Source of the DNA: Pyrinomonadaceae bacterium
GTDB taxonomy: Bacteria; Acidobacteriota; Blastocatellia; Pyrinomonadales; Pyrinomonadaceae
DNA: 64,000 bases
Direction of reading: 5' to 3'
Assembly: GCA_046313635.1 (NCBI GenBank)
Contig: JBKBYA010000004.1
Coordinates: 160,001 to 224,000, forward strand
Below are positions 62,890 through 64,000 of the stretch, one piece after another. How positions within the stretch are numbered: the stretch's first letter is position 1; the number at the start of each line of letters is the position of its first letter. The translations under genes were made by a program, and so were the position numbers. The notes beneath the pieces were generated by a model. The model was not told the DNA's origin. It ran no database searches and saw only the letters and a program-made list of their open reading frames with translations.

Positions 62890-64000
62890 TTTCGATAGAG
62901 CGACAGCAGGACCTTTTCGGGTGTGAGCGGCGCGTCGAAAGCGACAACCACCTCATCATTCGGCTCGAATGCTTTCATCGCATTCCTGATCGCAAAGTAG
63001 GCGCCGATGCCGTACATCAGCGGCGGTTCGCCGACGGCTTTTGAATTAAAGATCGCGAGGTTGTGACGGTCGGTCTCGAGCGGCAGCACGGCGATCTCTT
63101 TCGGGACGGAATAAATGTCCGGCACCTTGTAGGTCGAGAGCGCGTTCGAGCGAAGTCGGCCGTCGCTGTCGTACACGACCTCTTCCATCGTCATCCAGCC
63201 GATGCCCTGCACGATGCCGCCTTCGATCTGGCCGAGGTCGACCGCGGTGTTCATCGAAGTTCCGAAATCGTGACAGCACTTAACGTAGTCGATCTCATAA
63301 CGGCCGCGGAGACAATCGACCGTGACGCCGACGATCGCCGTGCCGTAAACGTGGTAGGCGAACGGACGTCCTTTCGCCGTGCCCCAATCGAAATGAATTC
63401 CCGGCGTCGCGTAATGCGCGTGCTCGCTTAGGCTCACGCGCTGCAAGTGCGCCTCGTTGACGAGTTTGATCCAGTCAAAGTCGGTCGGCTCGCCGTCGCG
63501 AAGCACAAAGCCGTTGTTCAGAGTGACGGCTTCAGCCGTTTCCGCCTCGACGAGATCTTTTGCAACTTCTTTGAGTCTCTTTAGAATCTTCTCGCACGCC
63601 ATCTGCGTCGCCTTGCCGTTGAGATCGGCCGCGGCTGACGCGGCGGTCGGCGAAGTGTTTGCGATGCGAAGCGTATTTGTCGTGTGAACTCTTACCCGCT
63701 CGATCGGCAGCGAAAAAACTTCCGCCGCGACCTGCGCGATCTTTGTGTTCACGCCTTGGCCCATCTCGACGGCGCCGGTCGAGACGGCGACGGTGCCGTC
63801 GGTGTAAACGTGCACGAGCGAGCGAGCCTGATTCATCGGCGTCTTTGTGAACGAGATGCCGAAGCAGACCGGCATCGTCGCGACGCCTTTTTTCAGGTAT
63901 CGAGAGCCGGCGTTGAACTCGTCCGCCTCGCGCCGCAGCCGCTCAAAATCAAATTTTGCGTCGCCCTGCATCCATGTCGCGATCGCATCGCTCTCGGCGA
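62883..64000 (-). CDS. xdhB: Xanthine dehydrogenase molybdopterin subunit (3' part; runs off window)
   Basis: FGISFT, EMGQG, NTSPTAAS, GQIEGG..QGIGW, SKAVGEPP. Confidence 0.93.
   Translation of the reverse strand, partial: AESDAIATWMQGDAKFDFERLRREADEFNAGSRYLKKGVATMPVCFGISFTKTPMNQARSLVHVYTDGTVAVSTGAVEMGQGVNTKIAQVAAEVFSLPIERVRVHTTNTLRIANTSPTAASAAADLNGKATQMACEKILKRLKEVAKDLVEAETAEAVTLNNGFVLRDGEPTDFDWIKLVNEAHLQRVSLSEHAHYATPGIHFDWGTAKGRPFAYHVYGTAIVGVTVDCLRGRYEIDYVKCCHDFGTSMNTAVDLGQIEGGIVQGIGWMTMEEVVYDSDGRLRSNALSTYKVPDIYSVPKEIAVLPLETDRHNLAIFNSKAVGEPPLMYGIGAYFAIRNAMKAFEPNDEVVVAFDAPLTPEKVLLSLYRNR

Overview
GC-rich, mostly core-genome chromosomal window. Gene content suggests Acidobacteriota, probably Blastocatellia/Pyrinomonadaceae (Oar-type TonB receptor, DUF4388-DnaJ-TPR protein, zinc-ribbon membrane proteins); this is inference. 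Housekeeping genes: gatB, prfA, rpmE, ligA, glyA, recQ, ald, a degP-like protease, pstSCAB-phoU, xdhC and partial xdhB. There is also a B12 uptake operon (btuF/C/D-btuB) with two cobalamin riboswitches, and a radical SAM homologue of archaeal tetraether synthase (Tes/GDGT-MAS). I saw no rRNA, tRNA, CRISPR array or intact transposase. The most unusual signals are: (1) a DNA adenine methyltransferase-fold gene with both key motifs replaced, translationally coupled to a stand-alone HD-GYP gene; (2) the Tes homologue, which lacks one auxiliary Fe-S motif; (3) many tiny palindromic elements, including 7-bp-periodic inverted arrays with a different unit at each site (one translated in-frame inside a radical SAM gene, one inside a riboswitch), REP/REPIN-like doublets and nested 9-mer hairpins; (4) three small nucleotidyltransferase TA-like modules between housekeeping genes, two of them decayed, plus an RHS relic. 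All protein calls come from motif recognition by eye; no database was searched.
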